A DNA stretch of 60,160 nucleotides, filler included, from Basidiobolus ranarum (Eukaryota): assembly GCA_040143965.1 (NCBI GenBank). It is 8 parts of 8 records of this genome, joined end to end, with 100 filler letters (N's around TTAATTAATTAA, not from the genome) between each part and the next. Parts side by side here need not be neighbours in the genome. Positions count along the whole stretch, not along the records: positions 7,573 to 15,018 come from JASJQH010001117.1; positions 15,119 to 22,556 come from JASJQH010001118.1; positions 22,657 to 30,088 come from JASJQH010001119.1; 5 more parts are not named here. One strand, 5' to 3'. The translations under genes and the position numbers were made by a program. Below the pieces are notes generated by a model, which saw only the letters and a list, made by a program, of their open reading frames with translations, was not told where the DNA came from and made no database searches. How positions within the stretch are numbered: the first letter of the stretch is position 1; every line of letters starts with the position of its first letter. Below are positions 12,246-25,900 of the stretch, in pieces.

Positions 12246-14664
12246 TCTCTTGTATGAAATGATGTCTTATGTGAATATGTTTCATCCTTGAGTGATGCTC
12301 AGGATTTTTTGCAATATGAATACAACTCACATTATCATGATATATTGGGGCTTAATTAGTTTGATTACATCTTAATTCCTTCTGAAGACTCCTTGGATAT
12401 ATAGCTTCTTGAACAGCCAGAGATCTTGCTATATATTCTGCTTCTGTAGTTGATAATGCAACAGTCTGTTGTTTCTTACTAATCCAGCTTATTGGTCCAC
12501 CGGCTAGCTTAAACACATATCCAGTTCTGGATTCATGGTCTTCTGTATTGTATGCCCAGTCTACATCAGAATATCCTTCCAAAATGAGTGACACTCTATA
12601 TTGCTTACCAAATTAGATTCCATAATGTCTTGTTCCTTTCAGATACCATATTATCTGTTTCACATCTATCCAATGCTCCATTACAGGACTTTCCATATAA
12701 TTGCTTATCGCTATAGCAATATTAGGCATAGTACCAGTTGTTGCATATAGGAGACTTCCAACTGCACTACAGTGAGGAATATGTTTCATGATTTCAATAT
12801 CTTCAGAGAATTTTGGTTCCATATCTGTAGTATTTTCAGCATACATAGTGGATTTGTAGCTGTTTTACATTCTGACATATTGCATCTATTTAAAACATCT
12901 CCAATATATTTTTCTTGCATATTACACAGTATTCCAATATTGGAATTTTGAGGCATCCATATTCCAAAACAATGAAATAGTGATCCAAGATCTTGCATTT
13001 GAAGCTTAGTAGATAGCCAGGTCTTATTTTCTTTCATCAGATATGAACAATTACTAATGATTACTGATTGCCTGAATTTTGTGATTGATTGCTTACTTAT
13101 TACAATTGCTCCCATATTTCTATTAATTGATTCTATTCAATATCAGCCAAGTTAACAGTAGGATATTTCTTAGGCAAATGATTGGTCAGAAAATCATCAT
13201 CTTGCTTCTGAGTCCAACTTCCTGATTCCTGATTAGATGGAAAAATGTCCTTTTTCTGATTTTCATATTTTCCATTGGCAGGGATAGCATGCTGATTTCC
13301 AGAAGCTGATTCTCAACTATCAGTATCTTCAGAGTAACTAGCAGGTTTCCTGGTGTAACTTGGTGCATTTCCTGTGTTTTCCAATGTTTCACAACTTGTA
13401 TTGCTGCTTGATTCCAAATTTACATAAAATAGTTTGTTCTCCCAGGTTTCAGTATTTGTAGTGAAGTTTGAGACTAGACTATTGCTTGTTGGTGTTCTGC
13501 TAGGAATATTCACCATAGGGATTGTTAAAGATTTGAGCTTTGCCATATATTTGTTGGTGGCTTATGTTTCAGATCTTGTCCTAGATATGATATTTTCTAA
13601 GTTTGGATAATGTTGATGGATTGTTTCAGATTCCAAATTTGGCATAATTTCAGTGCCTGTTTCCAAAACATAAATTTCCAAGTTGGTTTTGGTACTCATT
13701 AGCTCAAGATTGGCTTCAGAACTTGTCAACTTAGAATTTGAGCCATTGAGAAATAGAATTTCAGCCAATATCAAACTGCCTCATATAGATGATATGAGAT
13801 TTTGTTCAATGAATATAGTGTCTCTGGAGTTGATGATTTGATTTGTGCAAGCAATTAGGAGACAATAGCATTTTTCTGATATCCTAATAGGATTCATTTG
13901 ATTGCCCTTTTATCCAATTTCCTATAGAGTGGTTTAGGATTATGAGCATATATAGTTGATCCAAATGTTCTGAAATGATTCAGATTAGGCTTGTTTCCAG
14001 TCCAAATTACAACTGGAGTTTCAGAGTTATGGTCTCAATATGTCAAACTTCTATTTTGGAAATGTGTAGCTGTTAAAATAGCTTCACTCCAATAAATCTT
14101 AGACAGATCTTAGTCAATCAGCATTGCAAGTGCTTTCTCCACTAAAGTTTTATTCATCCTTTCTGCAACTCCATTTTGTTCTGCACTATATGTAATAGTA
14201 AGTTATTGCTGAATTCCCTTTTCTTGATCAAAACTAGTTGTGGCTTCATTACAAAGTTCAGTTCCATTGTCACTAGGTAGGTATTTGATTCTCCTTCCTG
14301 CTATGGTTACAACCATTGCTTCAAATATCTTGAGATAATAAATCACTTCTCCTTTGCTCAACAAAAGATATGAAACTCTGAAGTGCAAGTAACTATCAGT
14401 AAAGATCAGTAAATAACATTGCTTACTTAGTGTCAGAGTTTGTATTGGGTTCCATAAGTGTGTATGAATATGATTCAACAAATCTTTGGCTCTGCCAACT
14501 CCTTCTTTTGGAAATTGTTTTCTGCTCAGTTTCCCTTGAACAAAATGTTCACATTTGGTAATATCTGAGAGCTTGAGATACACTGCTCTACAGAGGTTAT
14601 TTTTGTATGATAGTTTCATGCTATTATGGTTTAGATAACCCCTGCATTGATGCCAAGTCAGCAA
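12246..14664 (-). mobile_element. Degenerate Ty1/copia pol (GAG-pre-integrase, integrase, partial RT, RNase H)
   Basis: WHQCRGYLN and CEH..QGKLSRKQFPK; HIHTHLW, SDNGTE, EQNGVAERMN; MQDLG, SAVGSLLY; LEGYSDVDWA, ISWISKKQQTVALSTTEAEY. Many stops and frameshifts. The YVDD region appears deleted. Confidence 0.92.
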
Positions 14665-15118
14665 CTTTTGACCCTAACAAAAATAAAATTGATTTGATCC
14701 GGATCAGATCTACCCTCCCAAAGAGCAAAACTGTCAGAGAACTGTCACAATATTGGTGGCTTGCATTCTGCCAGGGATTTTGATGATGTGATGGCGGTCT
14801 CATGATGGTATTGCTACGGTATTCATACATGTTAAAATATTGATCCTCAAATTTGGCATGCTTTATTCAATATCTGGCAATTTTTGCAAAATCTAATTTT
14901 TGCATGGCAAATTATTGGGTTTACTGCTGTAGGAATTTGAATTAATATGCATGCCTTTATTTAGATATTTTAGGCTTTGTATTCCAGCCATAATGAGAAT
15001 CAAAAAATACAAGAATCTNNNNNNNNNNNNNNNNNNNNNNNNNNNNNNNNNNNNNNNNNNNNTTAATTAATTAANNNNNNNNNNNNNNNNNNNNNNNNNN
15101 NNNNNNNNNNNNNNNNNN

Positions 15119-15284
15119 CGCCTGTGTGAGTGCGTACGTGTCTAGTTAAATGTTCAAGACGTCTAAAGGCCTTTTGGCAGATGTTGCAAATATGTGGCCG
15201 AGTGGCGGTGGTTTTCACACTATCTTGAGAGTCGCAGTTTCCTGGGATGGAGGAAACGTAGAAATAATAATTGTTTGCGGTCAT
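15119..15284 (-). CDS. C2H2 zinc-finger transcription factor, Mig1/CreA-like (3'-truncated by contig end)
   Basis: [27 protein letters not shown] matches the Mig1/CreA finger-1 consensus. TATAAA about 80 bp upstream on the minus strand. Confidence 0.8.
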
Positions 15285-15645
15285 ATCTAATATAAGAAGA
15301 GCAAAAAGAGTATGACTGAGAGATCTATAGCTTGATATTGGAGAGTAGCGGCTTGACGGTATTTATAGTCAAATGGGAGATGAATGCCTCCTTAATAAAC
15401 TGATGATGATCTGAAATAACCTCGCGGAGTGCACACAAACCCTTTGATGATCTCAGTTGACTCCATTCCAGTACCCCCACAGATTTCTGGAGATCGTTTG
15501 ACCTGGACTATCCAGATACCACCATAGTATTCGAAACACGCAACATATCCTCGTCTCTCATGTTACTATTCTATTCCATACTATACTATACTATATGGAC
15601 ATTGCGCACGTATTAAAATTAATGATTAAATATCATTCAGACTGT

Positions 15646-15748
15646 TTCATTCTTCCTACCACATCCTAGTTCATTCATTCCTATTACATCCTAGTTCATC
15701 CTGGTCTATTCATCCCTATTGCATCCTAAGTAATCCTGTCTCATTTCT
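15646..15748. repeat. Degenerate ~25-35-bp tandem repeat (ATTCATyCCTATTrCATCCTAG...), ~3 units
   Basis: ACATCCTAGTTCAT occurs twice and a third decayed copy follows. Confidence 0.6.
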
Positions 15749-16910
15749 TGAGTTACCGATATCAGACAACCGTAATTACGGACGGTTCGCATGATCGTCT
15801 AAGGAGAGAGTTTAGAAAGCCAATGATATGTCGAGGAATAACGGGGTATTGACCTGCTTATCATTTGAATGGCTTATAGGGATAGGGAGGCTCAGGAAAA
15901 AGGAGGATCACAAAAAGACATGCACACGAATCTCCATCACGATTGATTATTTATATTGTTTATTATAGTCATTGTGGGATTCACTCCTTATGTAACCAGT
16001 TGATGATTCTGCTGACATAAACGAACGCACCCCTTTGATCGTCAAACCTTTGATGAACATTGTGCTGAGATCGCACCTGGGGAATAACGAATCACGAATC
16101 GGGCTGATCCACATTCATTTATTCTGGTCTTATTCTCTAACGAATGGAACAATGAAGACATCTACGAATAGCAGGATGAGTTGTCTACGAATGGTCAACT
16201 CAATACGTATCAAGTGGCAGGGTGTTCCTAATCGAGTGTTCCCTATAGGGTGTTCCTGACCCCACGATCGTTACTCTCCAGATGCTACAGCCTAGTAGAA
16301 ACGACAACAACTGCACATGCTTCGTTAGTGTCAACTTTTGCTTGGCCATTATCTAAAGTAGGCATTATCCCCAATACACAACATAGGTATCACTCAGTTT
16401 AGCAAATAACTCACACATTCAATGGCACCACATGATGGGTGATTGTACATCCAATAGCCCGACTGTAGTGACAGTTTAGGGAGCATAAATGAAATGTGTT
16501 AATCCAATCTAAAGAGAGCATACTAGGTTTCAGTCGATGACATCTTTTCGGAAGATAGTTCCATTGACCGTCAACTGGAAGCAATATAGACAAATAAGTA
16601 GTAGCCAACTCTATTGCTGCTCTATTTTATTTCTATTGTGTTGGAACGTTTCAGATGAGAAACATCTGTTTAAACCAACACCCAAGTCAGTATTTGTTTA
16701 AAGTGACATCTAGCCTTCGCTTTAGTCCAAGTAGATTAATGATCTCTCGGTGTAGTGACCATCTCCATGATGAGCATTCATAATCAACCTATTCTCTTAC
16801 GTAAAATTGCTTTCGAAGAGGCCGAAAATAGAACCCAATAATGGACCAAGGCTCAGGTCAGACTGTTTAAGAAGAATTAGACTTCAATGTATACTTATAC
16901 AATAAAACGA

Positions 16911-17610
16911 TCAGATAAATACCGGTATTGGACAATCAAAACTAGCCTCGCTCTTGAACTTTGGGGTAATTTTGGTAATGGCTAATACGGAAAAGTACAA
17001 CTCGATCTCATATTGTATTGTGATCTGCTCTCGGGGTTGACCAGGCAAAAGACCACAACGACCCGCAATATCCTTCAGTACTACTGAATCTGGATCCATG
17101 GCTCTACTATATCTCAGCGTAAATGGAAACAGAAGAGTAGTGATGCTTTTTCTGGTGATATCCACATTATTCAACGTTCCATTCCCGAACTGAACCCCTG
17201 GGAGTAAAGGATAAAACCCCTATCGAAACGAAAGGTGAGAGTCGGTCGGAATATCTTAATAAATATAAAGAGAAGAAACATACAATGGCTGTAATTTGAT
17301 TGAACTTGGCTCCGATGAAATTAGGGTTCTCAACTGATATATTCAACCTTGTGTTAAAAATGAGAGTTTGTGTTCCTTCAAGAGCGAACCCTGGTAATCC
17401 TTGATCTGGGGGAAGGATACCATTAAAGGTCACAATTGGCACACGAGCCCATAGAAAGAAAGCAATAAGTATACCAGCAATTATAAGTACTAAAAAGAGG
17501 ATAATTAGGCAGCAACAACAGCCGCAAGTGCATCGCCCGCAACACACCCGACGTTTGCGTAGTGGAAGCGACTTTTCTGTCTGCCCCTCCCGATTACCAG
17601 TGGGGTCCAT
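16911..17610 (-). CDS. Single-pass membrane protein with LEA_2-like domain (2 exons, intron ~17284-17221)
   Basis: Basic and Cys-rich stretch (RKRRVCCGRCTCGCCCC), then a TM helix, then LNISVENPNFIGAKF. Splicing GTATGT...CGATAG joins it to GFYPLLPGVQFGNG...SFDCPI*. Confidence 0.7.
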
Positions 17611-18049
17611 TGATCAAGGATACTAGTGACTATTTTGTGGGGACTGAAGGAGCACTAAAAGAATTTTTTCATGAAGAGAGTACTGTGTACAGAATGTTGA
17701 GAACATATCGGAAACTATCGTACTAACTCTATATATGTGATCTGCCATTACCGCAATTACCATCAACATCATCATTATCATCACAATTCATTTGAGCTAG
17801 TTAAACAGGCGAGGTGACACCAACTCTATTTTCTTTGTTGGGATCTTATCATGACAATTAAACTAATTGGATTTCACTGACAGCTAATCGCTCTTTGTAT
17901 TCGGGTAATTCATAGAGTTTACGAACGTTTCGACAAAACAGTCGTGAAGTGTGACTAGTACGTGACAGTACATTGATTGGCAACGAAACATCAGAATAAT
18001 TCATTCAATGAGCCGCAGTTTGGTGGAACAATGGCAAAGAACATGCGGG

Positions 18050-18142
18050 TATTTAATATAACATGATATGGTTGAGGGTTATTTTTCAGGAACATGCTCC
18101 AGCTGATGGGCAAGATTATTTAATATAACATGCTATGGCTGA
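18050..18142. repeat. 26-bp direct repeat (24/26 identical) between the LEA_2-like gene and CHS4
   Basis: TATTTAATATAACATGATATGGTTGA at 18050 and TATTTAATATAACATGCTATGGCTGA at 18117. Confidence 0.7.
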
Positions 18143-18687
18143 TAAGCAAGGAGGGTGTTTCTTAATATCTGTGGCAATACTCTCGTGCTCTAGCTAAATG
18201 TATCTGTGACAACACATGGACACAACCTCTATGTGCAATCCCACGCACTTCGCTTCAAATAACTAATATAGCGTTTTAGAGACACGAGGGTTATATCGGA
18301 TCAATAACTTGGCCAGACACCATATACCCTGCTGCAGGCACAAAATTTGAAGTCATCATACAGAATGTTCGGATCATCATTGTGGTTTAAATTGCTTGTA
18401 GCAAACATGCAAATGAACAGAGATTTCTCAAATCATTGCATTGCCCACGATTTGTGATCGGTTTGATCCACAACTTGATACTCTGGTTGCTGCTTATCTG
18501 TCCGATCTAAACTTGGCCTCCCTTTTAAGCAGTGAAGCTCAGGTTTGTTCTGACTACTTGAAGGTTCTTTCCAACAGTAAATCTGTACTTCTATTTAATT
18601 CTTTTAATTCCCTTTCTTCTTGAGTGTATAATAACTGAAGTCGGCTTCTTGTTTGGTGAGTTGATTACGAAAACTTTAATAAATACA

Positions 18688-20322
18688 ATGGACACCTCAT
18701 ACAAGGATAGTAGTGTAGTATTCAGCAGAAAGCCACAAGAAATGGATATCCAGCCCTCAATAGAATATGCTGAGAGCCTTCAGTTTGGTCGCCAACTTCA
18801 CCGAGAGCCTCCTGGTAAGCAGAGTGACTACTCTCAAGTCGAGCCAAATCCCTATGCCTACCCTCCTACACGGCAATCCACGAGCAGTTCGAGTTCCTCG
18901 TCAGATCCTCCTCTAGCCTTTGACCAAGCATCTGACCATAATATTCAAGCCTCAACATATCCGCCCAACTTTAACCAAAGCTATGGCGCGCAGAATTATC
19001 CTCCACAGAAAAGTCAAACCTTTGGGGCGCAGGGTTATCCCTCTAAGCTGTCTACGCAAATTGCAAATTCCAAGCAATTTACCAAATCTACTCCAGAGTT
19101 AACCCATTTGAACACGAGTAACTTGATCAATATGGCCAATCGACTCAATAATAGCACCAGTAATCTTAGTGTACCCGTTTCTCCAACTGCTTCGGTTGCT
19201 TACCTTCCACAGGGAAATACTTTGGAACAATACCGTGTTAATGCTAAGAAAAGTAATGATCCAAAGATTCAATTCGATTTTGCCAAGTATCTGGTGGATA
19301 CTGCATCCAGCCTTGAAGCGACTGACAAAGCTACTGAAAAAACCAAGAAAGCATTAATCACAGAAGCACTCAAGTGGATCAAACGATTAGCTACTCAAGG
19401 AATGGGTTTAGGTCGGCCTGCATATCCAGAAGCACAATTCTTCTTGGCCAATTGCTATGGAACTTCGGCACTAGGACTTGCAGTGGATCATGAGAAAGCT
19501 TTCAGCTTGTACGTACAAGCTTCTAAACAAAATCATTCAGCTGCTACTTATCGTGCAGCCGTTTGCTACGAAGTTGGAGCTGGAACCAAGAGAGATTATA
19601 GTCGTGGAGTTCAATTTTTTCGTAAAGCTGCTATTCTTGGGGATACCGCTGCTATGTATAAATTAGGTATGATTTTACTAAAAGGTCTTTTAAATCAGAA
19701 CCCCAATCCACGTGAGGCCATTACCTGGTTAAAAAGGGCAGCTGCTAATGCTGATATGGAAAACCCTCATGCCCTTCATGAACTTGGGCTTTGCTATGAA
19801 AAGGATGGCATTCCTTCTATCATCCCGGATGAATCATACGCTAGAGAGCTTTACACTCAAGCTGCTCAACTTGGATATGCACCTGCACAATTTAAACTTG
19901 GTTGCTCCTATGAATATGGCACCATTACATGCCCTGTAGATCCTAGACGTTCAATAGCATGGTATACCCGTGCAGCCGAGCAAGGAGATCCTGAAGCCGA
20001 GCTAGCACTCTCAGGGTGGTATCTTACTGGGGCCGATGGGATATTAAAGCAAAGTGATACTGAAGCTTATCTTTGGGCGAGAAAAGCCGCAGATAAAAGT
20101 CAGGCCAAGGCGGAGTATGCCATTGGTTATTACTCGGAGGTTGGTATTGGCGTTCGACAAGATTTGGAGGAAGCCAAAAAATGGTACATGTGTGCTGCTG
20201 CCCAAGGAAACAAAAGGGCTATGCAACGACTATCGGAACTTAAAAAATTGGGAAATACTGGAAATCCAAAGCAAACAATTTCCCGGGATAAAGAATCCTC
20301 GGATGGTTGTGTTATTTGTTAA
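18688..20322 (+). CDS. CHS4: Chitin synthase activator Chs4/Skt5 (SEL1 repeats, C-terminal CaaX CVIC); intronless
   Basis: LEQYRVNAKKSNDPKIQFDFAKYL, YPEAQFFLANCYG, AAMYKLG, DPRRSIAWYTRAA, AELALSGWYLTG, SDTEAYLWARKAA, KAEYAIGYY. First ATG at 18688. Confidence 0.92.
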   Translation: MDTSYKDSSVVFSRKPQEMDIQPSIEYAESLQFGRQLHREPPGKQSDYSQVEPNPYAYPPTRQSTSSSSSSSDPPLAFDQASDHNIQASTYPPNFNQSYGAQNYPPQKSQTFGAQGYPSKLSTQIANSKQFTKSTPELTHLNTSNLINMANRLNNSTSNLSVPVSPTASVAYLPQGNTLEQYRVNAKKSNDPKIQFDFAKYLVDTASSLEATDKATEKTKKALITEALKWIKRLATQGMGLGRPAYPEAQFFLANCYGTSALGLAVDHEKAFSLYVQASKQNHSAATYRAAVCYEVGAGTKRDYSRGVQFFRKAAILGDTAAMYKLGMILLKGLLNQNPNPREAITWLKRAAANADMENPHALHELGLCYEKDGIPSIIPDESYARELYTQAAQLGYAPAQFKLGCSYEYGTITCPVDPRRSIAWYTRAAEQGDPEAELALSGWYLTGADGILKQSDTEAYLWARKAADKSQAKAEYAIGYYSEVGIGVRQDLEEAKKWYMCAAAQGNKRAMQRLSELKKLGNTGNPKQTISRDKESSDGCVIC

Positions 20323-20717
20323 AGCTTAACTCATGTACTAGATAGATGTTTCAATTATCATTATTGAGTTTTATATTATTACCTTCTTCATATAGAGTTG
20401 CATATGTAATTTAGAATCGACTCAAATCATAATAATATCGTTTACTTTCAACCTACAATCGAATCTCATATACTGTCTTTCTTAGAGACCTGTAAAGGCC
20501 AAGGCTTGTAATAAAAGTGGATAATTGTGCTACAGGTTAGTATTTAATGACAAAATTTTAAGATAAAGGGAGGCTATCTACATTGGAGGAAGCAGAGAAA
20601 TAGGGGAAGGGATATTAACTGGACGCAAGCAAAGCAAAAAGTGATCAAGTAATATGTTATATGATTTAAGTCTACTAAAGGGTGAAGCTAGTGCGTGATA
20701 TTGTTTACACAGGATTA

Positions 20718-21718
<1,001 letters not shown>

Positions 21719-22287
21719 GTTGCGTTCAAGTAGATTGGAAAGGATAAGCAGAGATGGGGCAGGGAAAGGGTTGCTGAACAAGTGGTTGTGAGCAAAAGAC
21801 CAAGGGGAGAGAAAAGTCTAACGCTATACCGGATTGTTTGCAAAGGAGACGGAGAAGCAATTACAACATCCAATAAACAATATCGAAACATCCGGTCAAA
21901 AAAATCTGCAGTAAGGACACATGTGAGCGGACGTTAAGGGAATTTAACTGAACGATCAATGTAGGCAAAGTGATTGATTTTGTTTCCTTAAATCTCATAC
22001 TTAATCGAATCCTATTCTACGTTTCTTGTATGTTGAAATAAGCCCTCTTCAGATAGATTCAGATTGATCCCTCATCCCGTATGTCATAGATACCGATTAA
22101 TTACAAAACTTTAGTTGGTTCAAGCTTGCTGAAATCTCCTCAACCCAGCCCAACCCAATTTTTTAACCTGACCAGATCAATGCGGAACTGAACCGTTACA
22201 TCATCATTTTAATGTCGAATTCTGACATTTATTCAAGAAATTATCGAGTCGTGACCAACACCGATTTTTTATAGATGTTTATTTGTA

Positions 22288-22556
22288 CTACACGTAGCTA
22301 AATAATGCTGCCACAATAGCAAAGAACCATAGACCCAGGAAAACCCAGACAGAGACGTACTTGTCCTCTGGGTCGTATTTTCTTGCCATGGGAAGCATTC
22401 CATTGATCACCGTATAAAGCAAAACCCCTGAGGCAAGCGCCAAAAGGGTAGCACTGATTGCTTGATTCCAATAGGTCACAAACAGCACGTATCCCAACAG
22501 AGCTCCTAATAGCTGAACAACGATCCCCACGCTGGCAGCTATGAAGAAGCTGATCC
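22288..22556 (-). CDS. ZIP-family (ZupT/GufA-like) metal transporter, C-terminal fragment
   Basis: Three hydrophobic segments ending LLALASGVLLYTVINGMLPMA...VFLGLWFF, typical of ZIP TM6-8. 5' part lost at the contig edge. Confidence 0.7.
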
Positions 22557-22950
22557 NNNNNNNNNNNNNNNNNNNNNNNNNNNNNNNNNNNNNNNNNNNN
22601 TTAATTAATTAANNNNNNNNNNNNNNNNNNNNNNNNNNNNNNNNNNNNNNNNNNNNGATTATTCAGCACTCCAATCTGCCATTCAGAAATGTGTGTTTAT
22701 TGCTCTAATTGATAGAAATATCAATCAAGTCACTTTTACCAATTATCACAATTTTCTCAAAACTTGTCCAAATCACCTCAAATTTCACCCATCTTAAAAT
22801 GCATGTTTGCTATGATCTAAGCATGTCCAATAGTCCTATTTTGCAGTAAACTCTAAATAGGACATATTCAATTCAACAAAACATAAGTGTCTAATTCACA
22901 AATCTAAATCTTGTCCAAAACACTTCCAAAACCCCTAAACACTTTTATCA

Positions 22951-22962
22951 GGTTATGAGCCC
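22951..22962 (+). promoter_or_regulatory. Primer-binding site complementary to the tRNAiMet anticodon arm (half-tRNA primer); second copy at 36936-36948
   Basis: GGTTATGAGCCC directly after the LTR end is the reverse complement of GGGCUCAUAACC in initiator tRNA-Met. Confidence 0.85.
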
Positions 22963-25900
22963 CAAGCTAGCTGTTAAATGAATGTGTACCAGTACTATTA
23001 CCAATATTGTTGCATCTACAAAGATGTTTGATGGTGAAGACTTTCACCTTTGCAAGTCAAGATGCAAATGCAGCTAGAAGACAGAGACCTCTGGGGATTT
23101 GTTACAGGAGAAGAAATAGAGCCAAAGGGACCACCAGAAGCTATCCTTGCCTTTTACCAGAGGCAGAGGAAAGCACTCTCTCTGCTTGGTTTACATCTCA
23201 GAGACACTCAATTGAAGCACATACAATCAGCCAAAGACAACCAAAATGCTTGGGAAACACTTGAGGGATTATATGAGAATAAAGGCCTACCTAACAGGCT
23301 ATATCTTAGGTGAATAATATTCTCAATTCAGATGAATTCTGATGATTGAATACTTAACCATAAAATTCAGATAAAAACTATAGCTGATCAGCTCTTATCC
23401 ATTGGAGCGTCTCTAAGTGAAGATGATGTAGTTAAGATACTACTTTGAAGCCTGCCAGACAAGTTTAGGAACCTCATAATTGCTCTAGAATCAAGATCAG
23501 AGCCATAAACAATGGAATATGTTGGTGCTAGGCTTTTGAATCAGGAATTAAGGAGATCTAATTCTCAGCAAAAGAATGCAGAACAGGCGTTTTGTTTAGC
23601 TGTAAAACTTCAACTGGCTTCAATAATGGTGCCACTTAGAGTAAATCAATCTTCTGCAAGTATTGCAAGAAACCAGGCCATTTAATCAAAGATTGCTGAA
23701 AAAGGATTTTTGCCAAAGAGCTAAAATTGGAACAAGCAAATCAATTAAGCACTAAAGGGAATCATATATTTGTGTCTACCTCATCAGTAACCACTAAAGA
23801 AAACTGAGAAACATGGTACATTGATTCACAAGCTTCCCGGCATATGACAAACAAGAAAGATTGTTTTTCTAGCTTAAAACCCATCCAAACAAGGAAAGTC
23901 TAATTAAGTGATGACTATGCTTCAGATGCAGTTGGTAAGGGCACAGTTGTGCTCAATTTAGACCTAAATTCAGCTATACCATCTGCAAAATTGGATGATG
24001 TACTCTATGTACCAATATAGCTAAAAATGTACTCTCAGTGAGCCAAGCAACAACTCAAGGACTCAATTTCATGTTTAGCAACACTGGATGCACTATCATA
24101 GATTCAAATAACACCAAACTAGCTACTGAGATCAAAACTCAATCCTCATACAAGATTGAAGTCAACAAATGGCATTCTGAGCATGCAAACTTGGCCAAAA
24201 CAGGTGAAATAAGCTGTCAAGCATGGTATACAAGATTAGGCCACATTGGGAACAAAAACTGACCTAAATGATCAGAAATCTGCTTGTTTCAGGCTTAGAA
24301 ATTGAAAATATCACTAAATTGGATCTGTGACAAGGTTGCATATATGGAAAGCATCACAGACAGCTATTTTTATGCTCTGGAGAGATTATATCTACTCAGA
24401 ATTTTAACCTGATTCATTCTAACCTATGTGGGCCCATGAAGGATGTCTAACTAGGTGGGAAAAGGTACTTTATGATCTTTATTGATGACAAAACAAGATA
24501 TACTTGGGTATTCTTTCTTACATCAGAATCTGAAGCCTTAGCTATCTACAAGCACTACAAAGCAATGGTAGAGATAGAATCAGCATGAAAAATAAAGGTA
24601 CTATCAAGTGATAATGGTGGAGAATACTGCTCTAAAGACTTTGCCAGTTTTTGTTCTGAACATGGAATTAAGCAACAAGCTACTGTACCTTATACTCCAG
24701 AGCAAAATGGAGTTGCTAAATGTGCTAATAGGACCATAGTATAGATGGCAAGATCAAAGTTACATGATCAAAAGTTAGATTACCAATGTTGAGCTGAATA
24801 TGTGTCCACTGGAGTCTATATCAAAAACAGATGCCCAACAAGATTGCTACAAAATTCTACTCTATTTGAAGCCCTATATGGATCAGAACCAAGTATGGAT
24901 CATCTCAGGTTCTTTGGTTGCACAGCATGTTGCCTAATTCCAATGCAAAAATACTCTAAGTTGGATCCTAAAAGCAGAAAATGCATATTACTTGGTCACT
25001 ATGATGGACATAATGCCTATAGATTGTTTGATACCAACAATCAGAAGTTAATCAAGTGTGGAGATCTGATTTTTGATGAAAAAGCAAATTTTGCATCTCA
25101 AATCACAGTTCTTAATCCAGTAACACCAGCAACACTATTCAGGAAGTGTCTTAAAGAATTCTAGCTGTATCTAAGCCCTATTAAACCAAAATTCCAGTCC
25201 CAATTACATCAGAGGATGATTGCAGACCAATCAGATCATCCAGAAGGACATATAAGCCATTAAACTGGTGTAACACTTCCAATGATGGTTTATATGATTA
25301 TGCTTTATTTGGTGATAAGCTGCAGACTCTAGATCAAGCTCTGGAATGTACAGAATCAAAATTATGGGAAGAAGCAATGTCAGAGGAGTTTTCTTCACTT
25401 CAGGACAATAAAACATGGGTTTAAAGTCCTCTAACATCAGGGAGAAAGCCAATAAGTTGCAAATGAGTATACAGAAGTTAAAAACCAAGCTGATTGAGCC
25501 ATAGAAATGTACAAAGCAAGATTAGTTGCAAAAGGTTGTTCCCAGATACTAGAAGTTGATTTTAATAACAATTTTGCTCCTGTAGCTAAGTTTAGTTCTA
25601 TTATACAATCCTGGCACTCACAGCCATCTATAACCTTTATTTGCATCAAGTAGACGTAAAAACTGCCTTTTTGAAAGGAAATCTAGAAGAAGAGATTTAT
25701 ATGGAGCACCAATAGGATTTGTTGACCCAAAACACTGTAGTATGGTCTGTAAACTGCAAAAATTGCTTATGGACTCAAGAGAGCACCCAGGGCATGGTAC
25801 AACAAGATAGATACCTATTTGGAATCACAGGAATTCCAAAAATGCACAGCAGATGACAGTATTTACATCAAAATAACTGGAAATAGGATCCTTATCTTGG

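Noticed and set aside
15646..15748. Short repeated units considered as a CRISPR-like array
   Set aside because: Eukaryotic context, degenerate units, no unique spacers of constant length, no cas genes.
16035..16259. ORF with LMNIVLRSHLG resembling Ty3/gypsy RT
   Set aside because: A single short motif with no adjacent YxDD; too weak to call.
18920..20329. Alternative-frame and antisense ORFs overlapping CHS4 (likewise within ERG6, the CREG-like gene, Hsp31 and the Cys-repeat gene)
   Set aside because: Shadow ORFs of real coding sequence with no recognisable motifs.
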